Positions 16,585-24,913 of a stretch of DNA of 32,000 nucleotides are shown here, piece after piece. Source of the stretch: Candidatus Saccharimonadota bacterium (GTDB lineage Bacteria > Patescibacteriota > Gracilibacteria > UBA4473); assembly GCA_030429505.1 (NCBI GenBank), contig JAUIFI010000001.1:270001-302000 (forward strand), read 5' to 3'. The notes beneath the pieces are model-generated. The model was not told the DNA's origin. It saw only the letters and a program-made list of their open reading frames with translations, and made no database searches. Both the position numbers and the translations under genes were made by a program. Position 1 is the first letter of the stretch. Each line of letters opens with the position of its first letter.

Positions 16585-16959
16585 TTACTTTCGAGATCGC
16601 GACAAAAAAATAAATTCAATTAATATTAAAAAAAGTACCAAAAGACCGCCTTCCAGCCAACCCAAAAAACGAAAAAACTGGAGGAGAAAAAGCACAACTA
16701 CAAAAATTCCAACCAAAATCCCTCTTCGTAAAGCTCGAAAAAAACTGATATTCCCTAATTTTCGTCCAGAAAAAAGTTCACTGGAAAAGAAAAAAATAAA
16801 TGTCATCAACGCGCTCACACCAAAAAAAATCGAGAGAAAAAAAGCGAATAAAGCCACCATCCGTTGTTCTCCCAAAGGATCAAGGTTTAAAAGCGTTGTG
16901 TACAAGATAAAAGCACTTAAAATTAAAATCAGACTGGTAAATAAGAAATTTCGCCACAT
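16585..16959 (-). CDS. hypothetical integral membrane protein, 124 aa (about 4 TM segments)
   Basis: It is tightly packed between pilD and pyk on the same strand, and the sequence is strongly hydrophobic. The 204-aa + strand ORF opposite it is a low-complexity K/R-rich shadow. Confidence 0.65.
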   Translation of the reverse strand: MWRNFLFTSLILILSAFILYTTLLNLDPLGEQRMVALFAFFLSIFFGVSALMTFIFFFSSELFSGRKLGNISFFRALRRGILVGIFVVVLFLLQFFRFLGWLEGGLLVLFLILIEFIFLSRSRK

Positions 16960-16962
16960 TTT

Positions 16963-17718
16963 TTATATTCCCAAAAATCCCATATACCACGCCCAAATCT
17001 GATCACCACTATACAGAAAAAGTAGGGTCGCGGGGATAAGAAACGCCCCCATAGGAAGGGCTGTTTTGCCTGTGGCTTTTTTCGTAATGAGCAAAGGAAT
17101 GGCAACCAAAGTTCCCAAGATATAAGCCACAAAAAGAGCTCCCAAGGTCAACTTCCATCCCAAAAGTAATCCCAGAAGAAGCCCTAATTCCATGTCTCCA
17201 GCCCCCACCCATTTTCCTCGAGAAAGAGCATATTGGATGCCATAAAAAGCAAAGCCTATAATCCCTCCCAAGGCGTACAGTTCCCATCCTTCAGCTCGAA
17301 AAAATATCCACCCTAGAGCCAGAGCAATTGCTGGCCAGGATATGCGTCGGTCCACCTCCAGAAAACGGACATCATAGAAAAAAAGTATAAGTAAAAAGAA
17401 AACGGATACAATTAAAGGCCAGAACGTCGATGTTCCAAAAAACTGAGCTGTAAAAACAAAAAATACCAATCCAAATATTAATTCTAATAGTGGGTAAAAA
17501 GACGAAATACGTACTTCACAAGCACTGCATTTCCCTCGTTGCCATAACCATGAAAGGAGGGGAATGAGCTGGTGAGGTGCCAACTGAGTCTTGCAATATG
17601 GGCAACGAGAACGTCCCCACAAAATACCTTTTTCATCAAAGTGTAATCGATGAATTAAGACGCTGGAAAAACTTCCCAGCACTAATCCAATCAAGAATGC
17701 ATAAAAAGCAATGATCAT
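16963..17718 (-). CDS. pilD: prepilin peptidase (A24 family, PilD-like)
   Basis: The N-terminal zinc-binding CPYC...CSAC pair is followed by a polytopic membrane domain with GAGDMELG-type and GAFL blocks typical of type IV prepilin leader peptidases. Confidence 0.9.
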   Translation of the reverse strand: MIIAFYAFLIGLVLGSFSSVLIHRLHFDEKGILWGRSRCPYCKTQLAPHQLIPLLSWLWQRGKCSACEVRISSFYPLLELIFGLVFFVFTAQFFGTSTFWPLIVSVFFLLILFFYDVRFLEVDRRISWPAIALALGWIFFRAEGWELYALGGIIGFAFYGIQYALSRGKWVGAGDMELGLLLGLLLGWKLTLGALFVAYILGTLVAIPLLITKKATGKTALPMGAFLIPATLLFLYSGDQIWAWYMGFLGI

Positions 17719-17824
17719 ATGTCACCATGATAAATCATCAAAAAAGGTTTGAAAAGAGATAAAAACAATTAACATAGAGCTAAGGTTCTTTAAGTCCTTT
17801 TGAAATCTGAAAAGGAGGTCTTCC

Positions 17825-18082
17825 GTGGGAAAAACGCATCGCAAAAAAAAGAAACGATTCAGAAACAGGTTATTGAGACGGAAAATGCGTCGTAAAATCC
17901 GTCGAATACTTTCCCAAGGTATTCCATTGCAACTTTCTGATACTTTTCTGAGAGCAGGTGAATCACTTTGTCTCGGGTTGAGTGTCGGTGAAGAGGGGAT
18001 TCAGGTGTCTCTTGTAGTATCCAAAGTCTCACTTTCAATTAAAAATCCCACTCTCCATGAAGAAGATCTGTCTAGTGAGTGA
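17825..18082 (+). CDS. hypothetical small protein with Arg/Lys-rich N-terminus, 85 aa, GTG start
   Basis: A strong SD (AAAGGAGG) lies 6 nt upstream of the GTG at 17825. The N-terminus is KTHRKKKKRFRNRLLRRKMRRKIRRIL. The gene ends on TGA and is followed by a strong terminator. Confidence 0.55.
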   Translation: MGKTHRKKKKRFRNRLLRRKMRRKIRRILSQGIPLQLSDTFLRAGESLCLGLSVGEEGIQVSLVVSKVSLSIKNPTLHEEDLSSE

Positions 18083-18091
18083 GATTTTCCA

Positions 18092-18129
18092 AAAGCCGTT
18101 TTTGTTTACAAGACGGCTTTTTTTATTTT
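18092..18129. terminator. bidirectional intrinsic terminator between the 85-aa gene and holA
   Basis: GCCGTTTT (18096-18103) pairs with AAGACGGC (18111-18118), with one G-U pair, across a 7-nt loop. The stem is flanked by AAAA on the left and TTTTTTATTTT on the right. The holA stop codon (complement of 18123-18125) lies in the T tract. Confidence 0.7.
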
Positions 18130-19118
18130 CTGCACATATCAAGAATGAATTTCTCAATTGCTAATTCAAATTCTGACGTATCATTACTCGCTGAGAGAAT
18201 TTGTCCAGTTTTGACTTTGCGATCAATGATAAAGAGATGATCGTAAAGTTGCTGTATTTTTTGCAAAGAAAAGCGACGAGTGAGAGGAGCTGTTTTTTGT
18301 ACAACAAATGGATGGAGACTGGTCTGAGTGGCAATATCTTTTGAATTGAGACCTTGATCTAAGCCACTTCTAATCTGTGCGTGAATACGAACTTCACGTG
18401 TGAGCATCGGGAAAATTTCATGAGGAGACGTTCGAGAAGCAAGTAAGGTATGAAAACTTTTTAGAGACTGCTCTAAATTTCCCTTACTAACTTGTTCTAA
18501 AAATCCCCAAATAAGCGCTTCAGGATGAGGGAGTGTCATCTCTTCAATCAAACTTTCCGTAATAACACCCTCATCAACCAAAACTAACTTGTCAATTTCA
18601 CTCGACAAATACCACAAGTTTACACCACATCGCCTCAGAAGAACCTGACTACAACGCGTATCAATAGTCCCTCCTTTTTTCTTGGCATAAATTTGAATCC
18701 ACTGAAGTGTTTCATTCTCAGACAGGAGGTCAAAATTTTCTACTTTTCCCACTGAAGTATTTTTACTATCACCTATAAAAAATTTGGTACTTTTAAGTCG
18801 TTTGTCTAATTTTGGTTCAACTGATACCACGGTACAAGAATCAATAAATTCTGGGAGACGATCAAAAAATTGACGCTTGCTCGCTTGTTCAAAATGTTCA
18901 GAATTCCAAAAAGATTCTGTAAAGATGAGTCTTTTTCCACCAAAAAGATTTGGAGTAATCACTGAGGTCTCAAAATGCATCCACTCAGATTCACTATCAA
19001 AACTTTGTATTTCTCCATCTGGATATTTTTCACGAAATTTATTTTTTAAGAAGCGAATTCGTTCTCGCAAGCGAAAGTCATCCTCTCCCGTAAGCAACAA
19101 AAAATTCTCAATCATCAT
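18123..19118 (-). CDS. holA: DNA polymerase III delta subunit
   Basis: At 331 aa, its N-terminus LLLTGEDDFRLRERIRFLKNKF and overall layout resemble HolA. It overlaps tsaE by 11 nt. This call rests on family-level recognition only. Confidence 0.8.
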   Translation of the reverse strand: MMIENFLLLTGEDDFRLRERIRFLKNKFREKYPDGEIQSFDSESEWMHFETSVITPNLFGGKRLIFTESFWNSEHFEQASKRQFFDRLPEFIDSCTVVSVEPKLDKRLKSTKFFIGDSKNTSVGKVENFDLLSENETLQWIQIYAKKKGGTIDTRCSQVLLRRCGVNLWYLSSEIDKLVLVDEGVITESLIEEMTLPHPEALIWGFLEQVSKGNLEQSLKSFHTLLASRTSPHEIFPMLTREVRIHAQIRSGLDQGLNSKDIATQTSLHPFVVQKTAPLTRRFSLQKIQQLYDHLFIIDRKVKTGQILSASNDTSEFELAIEKFILDMCRK

Positions 19119-19572
19119 TATCAGTTAGCAATCGTACCGTCCGCATACCAACTCCTACTCCATAACCAAGTTTGACGACATACTTTTTACCGGAAAAAAG
19201 CTTCCGCAACTCTGGAGATAATTTTTCCGGCCATTCTACTAACTTGGAAATATTCTTATTTGTGGCAACTTCTTCAAACCCTCGAGCTAAAAATTCAGAC
19301 GGTTCTTTTAAACGATAAAAATCAAAATGAGCCAGATGATTTCCATCGGAATGGTATTCTTGTAGTAATAAATAAGTAGGGGATCCAATATTATCTCTTA
19401 CCCCATATTGTTCTAGTAATGAACGAATCAGGAAAGTCTTTCCAGCCCCCAACCCGCCTTCGAAAAAGATGGTAAATGCTCCTTTGTCTTTCAAAAAGTC
19501 ATTATAAAAATGAGTTGCAAAACGAGCGCTCGCTTCTATATTTGGCAAATTTTTTTTTAAAACAGTTTCCAT
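19108..19572 (-). CDS. tsaE: tRNA t6A37 biosynthesis ATPase TsaE (YjeE)
   Basis: FEGGLGAGKTFLIRSL is the P-loop. It is followed by SPTYLLLQEY and HFDFYRL, the hallmark TsaE motifs. Confidence 0.9.
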   Translation of the reverse strand: METVLKKNLPNIEASARFATHFYNDFLKDKGAFTIFFEGGLGAGKTFLIRSLLEQYGVRDNIGSPTYLLLQEYHSDGNHLAHFDFYRLKEPSEFLARGFEEVATNKNISKLVEWPEKLSPELRKLFSGKKYVVKLGYGVGVGMRTVRLLTDNDD

Positions 19573-19608
19573 TTCTTCAGGTTTTTCGTATCATTCATCC
19601 GATCACTA

Positions 19609-20172
19609 ATGTACGAAAAAAAAATGAAAATACAATTTCAAGGACAAAACACCTTTTCGGTTCAAGGATCAAACACTTCTTTTGTTTTTGATCCGCAAGA
19701 ATCTTTTAATGCAGAAGTAGACTTTGTAACTGATTCAGGAACATATTCAGAAGGTGCTCAGAAGGTTAAATCTCAAAAAATATTAAACCTTCCCGGGGAG
19801 TTTGAAATCTCTGGAGTCGCTATCCGGTCCTTCTATTCTGGTACGAAAAATGTCGTCTTTAAAACAGTTGTGGATAATATATCGATTGTACATTTTGGAA
19901 CTCTAACCGAAGACCCTAAGGCAGAGCTTTTAAAGGGTTTGGGAGAAAATGTAGATGTTGTCCTAGTAAATGTAAATGAAAATTATACACCAAAACAAGC
20001 GAAACAACTTATCGAAAAGCTCGATCCTCGTTTAGCTCTTATTGGGGGAGATCAAGCTTTCTTTCCAAAAATGATTGACATGGGAGCCAAGCTTGAAGCA
20101 GAAAAGAGTATAACGATCTCTCAAAATATGCTCAATGAAGAGAAAACAGATGTCTTGGTTCTATCTTCCTAA
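19609..20172 (+). CDS. hypothetical protein resembling a metallo-beta-lactamase-fold (UPF0173/COG2220-like) protein with the metal ligands replaced
   Basis: MKIQFQGQNTFSVQG..SFVFDP parallels the MKIT..GHs.f.i....ilIDP N-terminus of that family. The HxHxDH position reads DSGTYS, and the later His/Asp positions are also non-conserved. The start could instead be the ATG at 19624. Confidence 0.6.
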   Translation: MYEKKMKIQFQGQNTFSVQGSNTSFVFDPQESFNAEVDFVTDSGTYSEGAQKVKSQKILNLPGEFEISGVAIRSFYSGTKNVVFKTVVDNISIVHFGTLTEDPKAELLKGLGENVDVVLVNVNENYTPKQAKQLIEKLDPRLALIGGDQAFFPKMIDMGAKLEAEKSITISQNMLNEEKTDVLVLSS

Positions 20173-20178
20173 AACTTT

Positions 20179-20207
20179 TTGACGTTCGGAGAGTTTACTC
20201 TTACAAT
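20179..20207 (+). promoter_or_regulatory. sigma70-type promoter of tRNA-Phe
   Basis: TTGACG (20179-20184), a 17-nt spacer and TACAAT (20202-20207). The mature tRNA 5' end is ~30 nt downstream of the -10. Confidence 0.65.
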
Positions 20208-20237
20208 CCCCCCGCTCTTTTTTATTTAACGAACAAC

Positions 20238-20312
20238 GCCACGGTAGCTCAGTGGTAGAGCAATGGACTGAAAATCCATGTGTCGGAAGTTCAATTCTTC
20301 CCCGTGGCACCA
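20238..20312 (+). tRNA. tRNA-Phe (anticodon GAA), CCA encoded
   Basis: The sequence reads GCCACGG TA GCTC AGTGGTA GAGC A ATGGA CTGAAAA TCCAT GTGTC GGAAG TTCAATT CTTCC CCGTGGC A CCA. This is a complete 75-nt cloverleaf. Confidence 0.95.
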
Positions 20313-20314
20313 AA

Positions 20315-20341
20315 TTACAAACCTTACAAACTCTACAAACC
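20315..20341 (+). repeat. three tandem 9-nt units directly 3' of tRNA-Phe
   Basis: The units are TTACAAACC, TTACAAACT and CTACAAACC, beginning 2 nt after the CCA end. Confidence 0.6.
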
Positions 20342-20380
20342 TTTGAAACATTGCGAGGGAGTATTTCGGTAAATACAAAC

Positions 20381-20404
20381 GAAAAGTATTCTAAAATACT
20401 TTTC
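20381..20404 (+). other. perfect 10-bp hairpin between tRNA-Phe and the cold-shock gene
   Basis: GAAAAGTATT - CTAA - AATACTTTTC. No T tract follows, so it could be a tRNA-unit terminator or processing site, or part of the csp 5' UTR. Confidence 0.35.
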
Positions 20405-20525
20405 AGTTGCTTCTCTGTCATATGTATGTACTATTCCACCCCAGTAGTTGCGTTTTAGAGAGTTTAGAAGATGGATTTCTACGATGTCAAAGACTTGTGG
20501 AATTTATTTTTTAACCCTTTTTATT

Positions 20526-20720
20526 ATGAAAGGATCCGTAAGAAAGCTATTAAACGGCTTTGGATTTATCGTCCCAGAGGGAGGAGCGAAGGATGTCTTT
20601 TTTCACGCCGACGATTTGAATGGTATGGAATTTGATCAACTAGAAATGGGTGATGAAGTCACCTTCGAGATGGGAACATCTGCTAAAGGTCCAAAAGCCG
20701 AAAAAGTAACTCTGGTTTAG
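20526..20720 (+). CDS. cspA: cold-shock protein (CspA family), 64 aa
   Basis: From the internal ATG at 20526 the protein reads MKGSVRKLLNGFGFIVPEGGAKDVFFHADDL...GPKAEKVTLV, with RNP1-like GFGFI and RNP2-like VFFH. The track ORF start at 20448 adds an implausible 26-aa extension. Confidence 0.9.
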   Translation: MKGSVRKLLNGFGFIVPEGGAKDVFFHADDLNGMEFDQLEMGDEVTFEMGTSAKGPKAEKVTLV

Positions 20721-20750
20721 TAAATAATCAGAATCTTCTTTTCAAAAGAG

Positions 20751-20776
20751 GTCCTCTTTTTTGAGAGGGCTTTTTT
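20751..20776 (+). terminator. rho-independent terminator of the cold-shock gene
   Basis: GTCCTCT (20751-20757) pairs with AGAGGGC (20764-20770), with one G-U pair, across a 6-nt loop. TTTTTT follows at 20771-20776. Confidence 0.7.
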
Positions 20777-20845
20777 GAGCTAATATTACGAGATTTATGA
20801 ATGTAATATTCAAGAAGTCTTAAAAATATAAAATAGGTAGAAATG

Positions 20846-20865
20846 TTTGTGATATTAATCACAAA
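20846..20865. promoter_or_regulatory. perfect 8-4-8 palindrome containing TGTGA-N6-TCACA (Crp/Fnr-family-type operator)
   Basis: TTTGTGAT ATTA ATCACAAA lies in the ~290-bp AT-rich region upstream of the 1297-aa ORF. TATATAGA (20883-20890) lies downstream at class-II-like spacing. Confidence 0.5.
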
Positions 20866-21014
20866 TTTTTTAATTTTCAAACTATATAGAACTATGTATT
20901 TCCCTTTGAATGGCTTCTATTTAATGTACTAAAAATAAAAAACTTATTTGCCAATATTTACTTTTTATGAAATGTTCTGAAAAAGTATATATACTGAGCC
21001 TCAGTTAAGAACAT

Positions 21015-24000
21015 ATGATAGACAACGAAGACGTTTCTATGGAAAGACGCCAGCTTTTGGAAGCTCAATATGCATCATACGCAAAAGAGTGGGCACAGAG
21101 CTACAAGGAAGATCATGGACAATATCCCCTTGAGAGTGATGTTATCCAAGCTTTTAGATCTGATATCTACCCTCAACTAGAGGAAAAAGATCAGCAAATA
21201 TTCGATGATTATGAGCCATACATCACCGAACAGCTAAAGCAATACACAAGAATGACTGAAGAAGAACGGATAGGAGAAGAACAAAGACATATAGATATGA
21301 TTTTTGAAAATGATATGTCACTTATATACCGGAATTTACAAGCGGAGAACGAAGGGAGGGAAATAACTTTAGAACTCGTATTTGAATATCTAGAAAAAAG
21401 TGATCCGAAAAAATTTCAACTTTTAAAACAGAACGAGTCTTACACGCAACAAAAATTTACTCATCTAAAATTTCTCCTGATTCAAGAAAATACAGAAGAT
21501 GAAAAACAAAAAGAGCTTATTTATCAAAAATTAATAGAAAGTTTATCTCATGATATAAAAGACAGAAGATGGAATAATTTCAATGAATGGCAAGCATTTA
21601 GTGAAGAGAAATGGGAAGAGTTTTCCAAAAACCTATCTCTTCAAAGTAGCGAAGAATTGAAAAAAATTTTTGAAGAAAAAATAAATTTTCTTTACGAGCA
21701 GTATAAAGCGGACAAATCAGCCGAAATAAAAAATCAGCTCATACAAAAAACTTTGTTTTCAGTTTTATCTACAATCCCTTCTGATGTGAGTCTTAAGGAT
21801 GAAGGTGATTTTGAAAACTATTTTCAAAAAGAATGTCATACACTTATAGAAAATGCTCCAGAAGAAGTCAGAAACGTTCTGTCTAGTTTTTTTCAAGAAA
21901 AAGTACAAGAATTGTATGAAGAATGGAAAAAAAGAGGAAGGGAGGTTAATCGAAAGAGGCGGGAAAACCGAGAGGGAGTCGAGCAATCACTCTTTCCTTA
22001 CTTCTCGCTCCAACATCTCAAACAAGTATTTTTAAACAATGCCAGCGAAGATGATATAAAAGACTATTTATTAAGTAAAATAGAGGAAGCTATTCTTGGA
22101 CTAACAGAAAAGCAAAAAGAAAAAGTCAGAGCTACATTTCAAATAGAAGTAGAAGATATGTGTCAGCAATGGGTTTATAATCATGCTACAGAGAAAGAAA
22201 ATTCAAAAGAAAAAAAACAGATACAACAAAAAGCAAAAACATTGCTAGAGACATTTCATCTTCCGAAAGAATTTGCCAAGCATTTTGAGCAAGATCTGCC
22301 CTTTGAGCAATTGCAATCAGACCTTGACCATCTCACAAAAAACGCCCCCCATTATAAACAAAAGCTTGAAAGGATTAATGTTTCCGAAAAAAAGATAGAA
22401 GAAAAAGTATCAACCCTGTGTCAGATAGGAAATTCAGCAGAGTCCAGGGCGGCAGAAGATGTTTTACAAGAAAAGAAAAGCCTTGCCCAAAAAATGATCC
22501 ACAATCTTTCAAAATGGAGAGGAGTAAATGTGTATACACCAGCTCGCTACGAATCTGACTTACAAGAATTATGGAGAGCCTTAGAAGAACAAGAAAAAGC
22601 TATTGAAGAGCGAAAGTCACAAGAAAAAGAAGTTAAAGAAGGAAGTGATTTTCCTTACAAAGACACGGAAATCCAAGAAGAAAAAAAAGATATACAATCT
22701 GACTCCAAAGCTCAAAAACAAAAAACATTATTTCCAAATACAGAAGAATCAGAGACTCACAAACTTCAGAACATAAAAGCATCTCCGGAACAACAAAAAA
22801 CATCTGTGGAACCTGACAAAAAACAAGAATCTTCACAAGATAGAGAAATTCCCAAAGAAGCTCAAACTAAGAACACAGCTATAGAAGAATTAATTAATCC
22901 AATCCAAAATGTGTCAGAAAAGTTTCTAGAAAAAATTTTCCAATCAAATGATTTTTTACACCTTCCTACTAAACGCCAAAAACATTGGCGTAAAGAAGTA
23001 AACACATGGTTTGAAAACAAACAATTTACAGAAGAAATAGCACACGCTTCGCAAGAATTTATCCGTCTTGAAGTAAAGTATAATATCAAAAGTAAATCCT
23101 TACAGGAAGAAATAGAATCGAAGTTAAAAACCATACCAAAAGAGAAGCAAACTTCATGGAAACAAAAACTTTCAGAATATATATCTCATTATGAGAGCCC
23201 ACAAGGCATTACCGACTATACATTCCTCGCTCAAGCATATACTCGACAGTTAAGGAGTTTACTAGATCAAATACAAAACGAATCTCAACCATTGAATACA
23301 AAAGTCGATACTTCAATATCAGAAATAGATACGAAAGATGTCTATGAAGAATCATATGAAATAACCTTACAAATGCTCCTATCCGACTATAAAAATATCC
23401 TGCCCAAAAATCAGCTAAAAGTTATAGAAGAAAAAATGAAAACAAATACAGAACTCACCGATGACCAAAAGCAATCCTATATCACAAAATATCTTATTCC
23501 CTTTTGTGAAGAAGAAGCAGATTTTATTCAACAAAATGAAAGCAGACTCATATATATCTATCTCATGCTCAAAAATATACCGAAGGCGGATCAAGCTGAA
23601 ATAATACAGTCGCTTACAACCATAGAAAGAGAATATCAAAATAACCTTACCCAATGGGAAGCACCTTTCTTGGCGAAAGAAAAATATGAAGCACTTATAC
23701 AAATAGAGCGACAGATAGAAGATAAGTCGATAAAAGTAGAAAGCCCATCAGAAGAAGAGCAAGATGAAACAAAAGAAGTATTAGAAATGCAAAAGGAATT
23801 CTCAGAATCTGATGAAGAAAACCAAGAACAAGAAATTCAAGAGTCTCTTCCAGCAAAAGAAAAAAATTTGGATGAAGGTGAGGAATCAGAAGAATTAATA
23901 GAAAGACAAAGAACACAAGAGGAAATAAGTGCAACAGAAAAAATTCATCTTAGAAACAAAGCTATATCTTTAGAGAAAAATCCTGAGAAAGATGTAAGTC

Positions 24001-24908
24001 TTGATGAGCTGGGTAAAGATGTAATACGTCTTCCAGAACTAGAAGAAGAAATCACGCTTGAAGCTGAAGAATATGAGAAAGCTCAATCAATAACTGAAGA
24101 AGTTGATTTAGAAATAACAGAACCGCCACATCAAACATCGGAAGAAATCACAAAAGAAAAACAAAATATCGACCAAGAAGAAGAAATATGTGAAACAGAA
24201 TCAGTTGTATTGGAATCTCTAGAGCTTCAAGATAAAGAAAATCCTGAAGAATTAAAACTAGAAGAGAAATCAGGAATCAAAAAAGAATTTCATATACCAG
24301 AAGAGCCAGAAGAAACAGAATCAGAAATAAAACATATACAAAGAATCATCGACATCTTCTTACAAGAAGAAAGAAAAGAATCATCACTCGAGTCTCAAAA
24401 ACAAGGAGGGAAAAAACAAACCTTTACACATACATCGACAAAAGTCGATCCAAAAGAAATTCAAAAATACATACAATCACATCCAAAATTTGCAGCTCAT
24501 ATAGCAAAAACATTTAAAGAATCACTCTTCCAAAACAAAATACATCCCGTCACAAGCTGGTTTTACGAAAAATATGAAGGAAATCATATAACTCTTAAAC
24601 AATTTTTACAGGAATTTCTACATTACACTCAACTAATTCTCGGTAAAGATATTGGCTGCACAATAGAAATAGAAGAAGATAGCCAAGAAAGAATACTTAT
24701 AAATCCACAATCATTTTTCAATATCTTGTCAAAAGAGCTCCATAACCATGTGAATCAATTGCAAAGTTTGAAGTTTGTTGGTCAATCAACGCAAAAAAAG
24801 ACAGGAGCAATAATTTGTCCAATAAGAGTGACGTTTCATACGATAAAATTTTCACCGACAATTCTCTTTTTTCCGGAACTCGACCTTTATGAATCTGACT
24901 TACTTTGA
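21015..24908 (+). CDS. very large acidic Glu/Lys/Gln-rich hypothetical protein, 1297 aa
   Basis: A single uninterrupted ORF in a compact genome. It has no signal peptide or TM segment. Helical-looking segments recur with E..Y..W-type motifs (AQYASYAKEW, FLYEQYKADK, ELYEEWKKRG, MCQQWVYNH, VNTWFENKQ). An extremely acidic stretch lies at ~23700-24350, and the last ~170 aa are less biased. The TGA stop overlaps the next gene. Confidence 0.8.
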   Translation: MIDNEDVSMERRQLLEAQYASYAKEWAQSYKEDHGQYPLESDVIQAFRSDIYPQLEEKDQQIFDDYEPYITEQLKQYTRMTEEERIGEEQRHIDMIFENDMSLIYRNLQAENEGREITLELVFEYLEKSDPKKFQLLKQNESYTQQKFTHLKFLLIQENTEDEKQKELIYQKLIESLSHDIKDRRWNNFNEWQAFSEEKWEEFSKNLSLQSSEELKKIFEEKINFLYEQYKADKSAEIKNQLIQKTLFSVLSTIPSDVSLKDEGDFENYFQKECHTLIENAPEEVRNVLSSFFQEKVQELYEEWKKRGREVNRKRRENREGVEQSLFPYFSLQHLKQVFLNNASEDDIKDYLLSKIEEAILGLTEKQKEKVRATFQIEVEDMCQQWVYNHATEKENSKEKKQIQQKAKTLLETFHLPKEFAKHFEQDLPFEQLQSDLDHLTKNAPHYKQKLERINVSEKKIEEKVSTLCQIGNSAESRAAEDVLQEKKSLAQKMIHNLSKWRGVNVYTPARYESDLQELWRALEEQEKAIEERKSQEKEVKEGSDFPYKDTEIQEEKKDIQSDSKAQKQKTLFPNTEESETHKLQNIKASPEQQKTSVEPDKKQESSQDREIPKEAQTKNTAIEELINPIQNVSEKFLEKIFQSNDFLHLPTKRQKHWRKEVNTWFENKQFTEEIAHASQEFIRLEVKYNIKSKSLQEEIESKLKTIPKEKQTSWKQKLSEYISHYESPQGITDYTFLAQAYTRQLRSLLDQIQNESQPLNTKVDTSISEIDTKDVYEESYEITLQMLLSDYKNILPKNQLKVIEEKMKTNTELTDDQKQSYITKYLIPFCEEEADFIQQNESRLIYIYLMLKNIPKADQAEIIQSLTTIEREYQNNLTQWEAPFLAKEKYEALIQIERQIEDKSIKVESPSEEEQDETKEVLEMQKEFSESDEENQEQEIQESLPAKEKNLDEGEESEELIERQRTQEEISATEKIHLRNKAISLEKNPEKDVSLDELGKDVIRLPELEEEITLEAEEYEKAQSITEEVDLEITEPPHQTSEEITKEKQNIDQEEEICETESVVLESLELQDKENPEELKLEEKSGIKKEFHIPEEPEETESEIKHIQRIIDIFLQEERKESSLESQKQGGKKQTFTHTSTKVDPKEIQKYIQSHPKFAAHIAKTFKESLFQNKIHPVTSWFYEKYEGNHITLKQFLQEFLHYTQLILGKDIGCTIEIEEDSQERILINPQSFFNILSKELHNHVNQLQSLKFVGQSTQKKTGAIICPIRVTFHTIKFSPTILFFPELDLYESDLL

Positions 24909-24913
24909 AAGAT

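Noticed and set aside
16388-17002. A 204-aa + strand ORF rich in K/R/P.
   Set aside because: It is antisense to the pyk 5' end, the 124-aa membrane protein gene and the pilD 3' end. Its lysine-rich low-complexity translation is the mirror of Phe/Leu-rich membrane codons.
20161-20458. An 86-aa minus-strand ORF and a 68-aa + strand ORF over tRNA-Phe.
   Set aside because: Both read through the tRNA-Phe gene and its trailer repeats, and neither has independent support.
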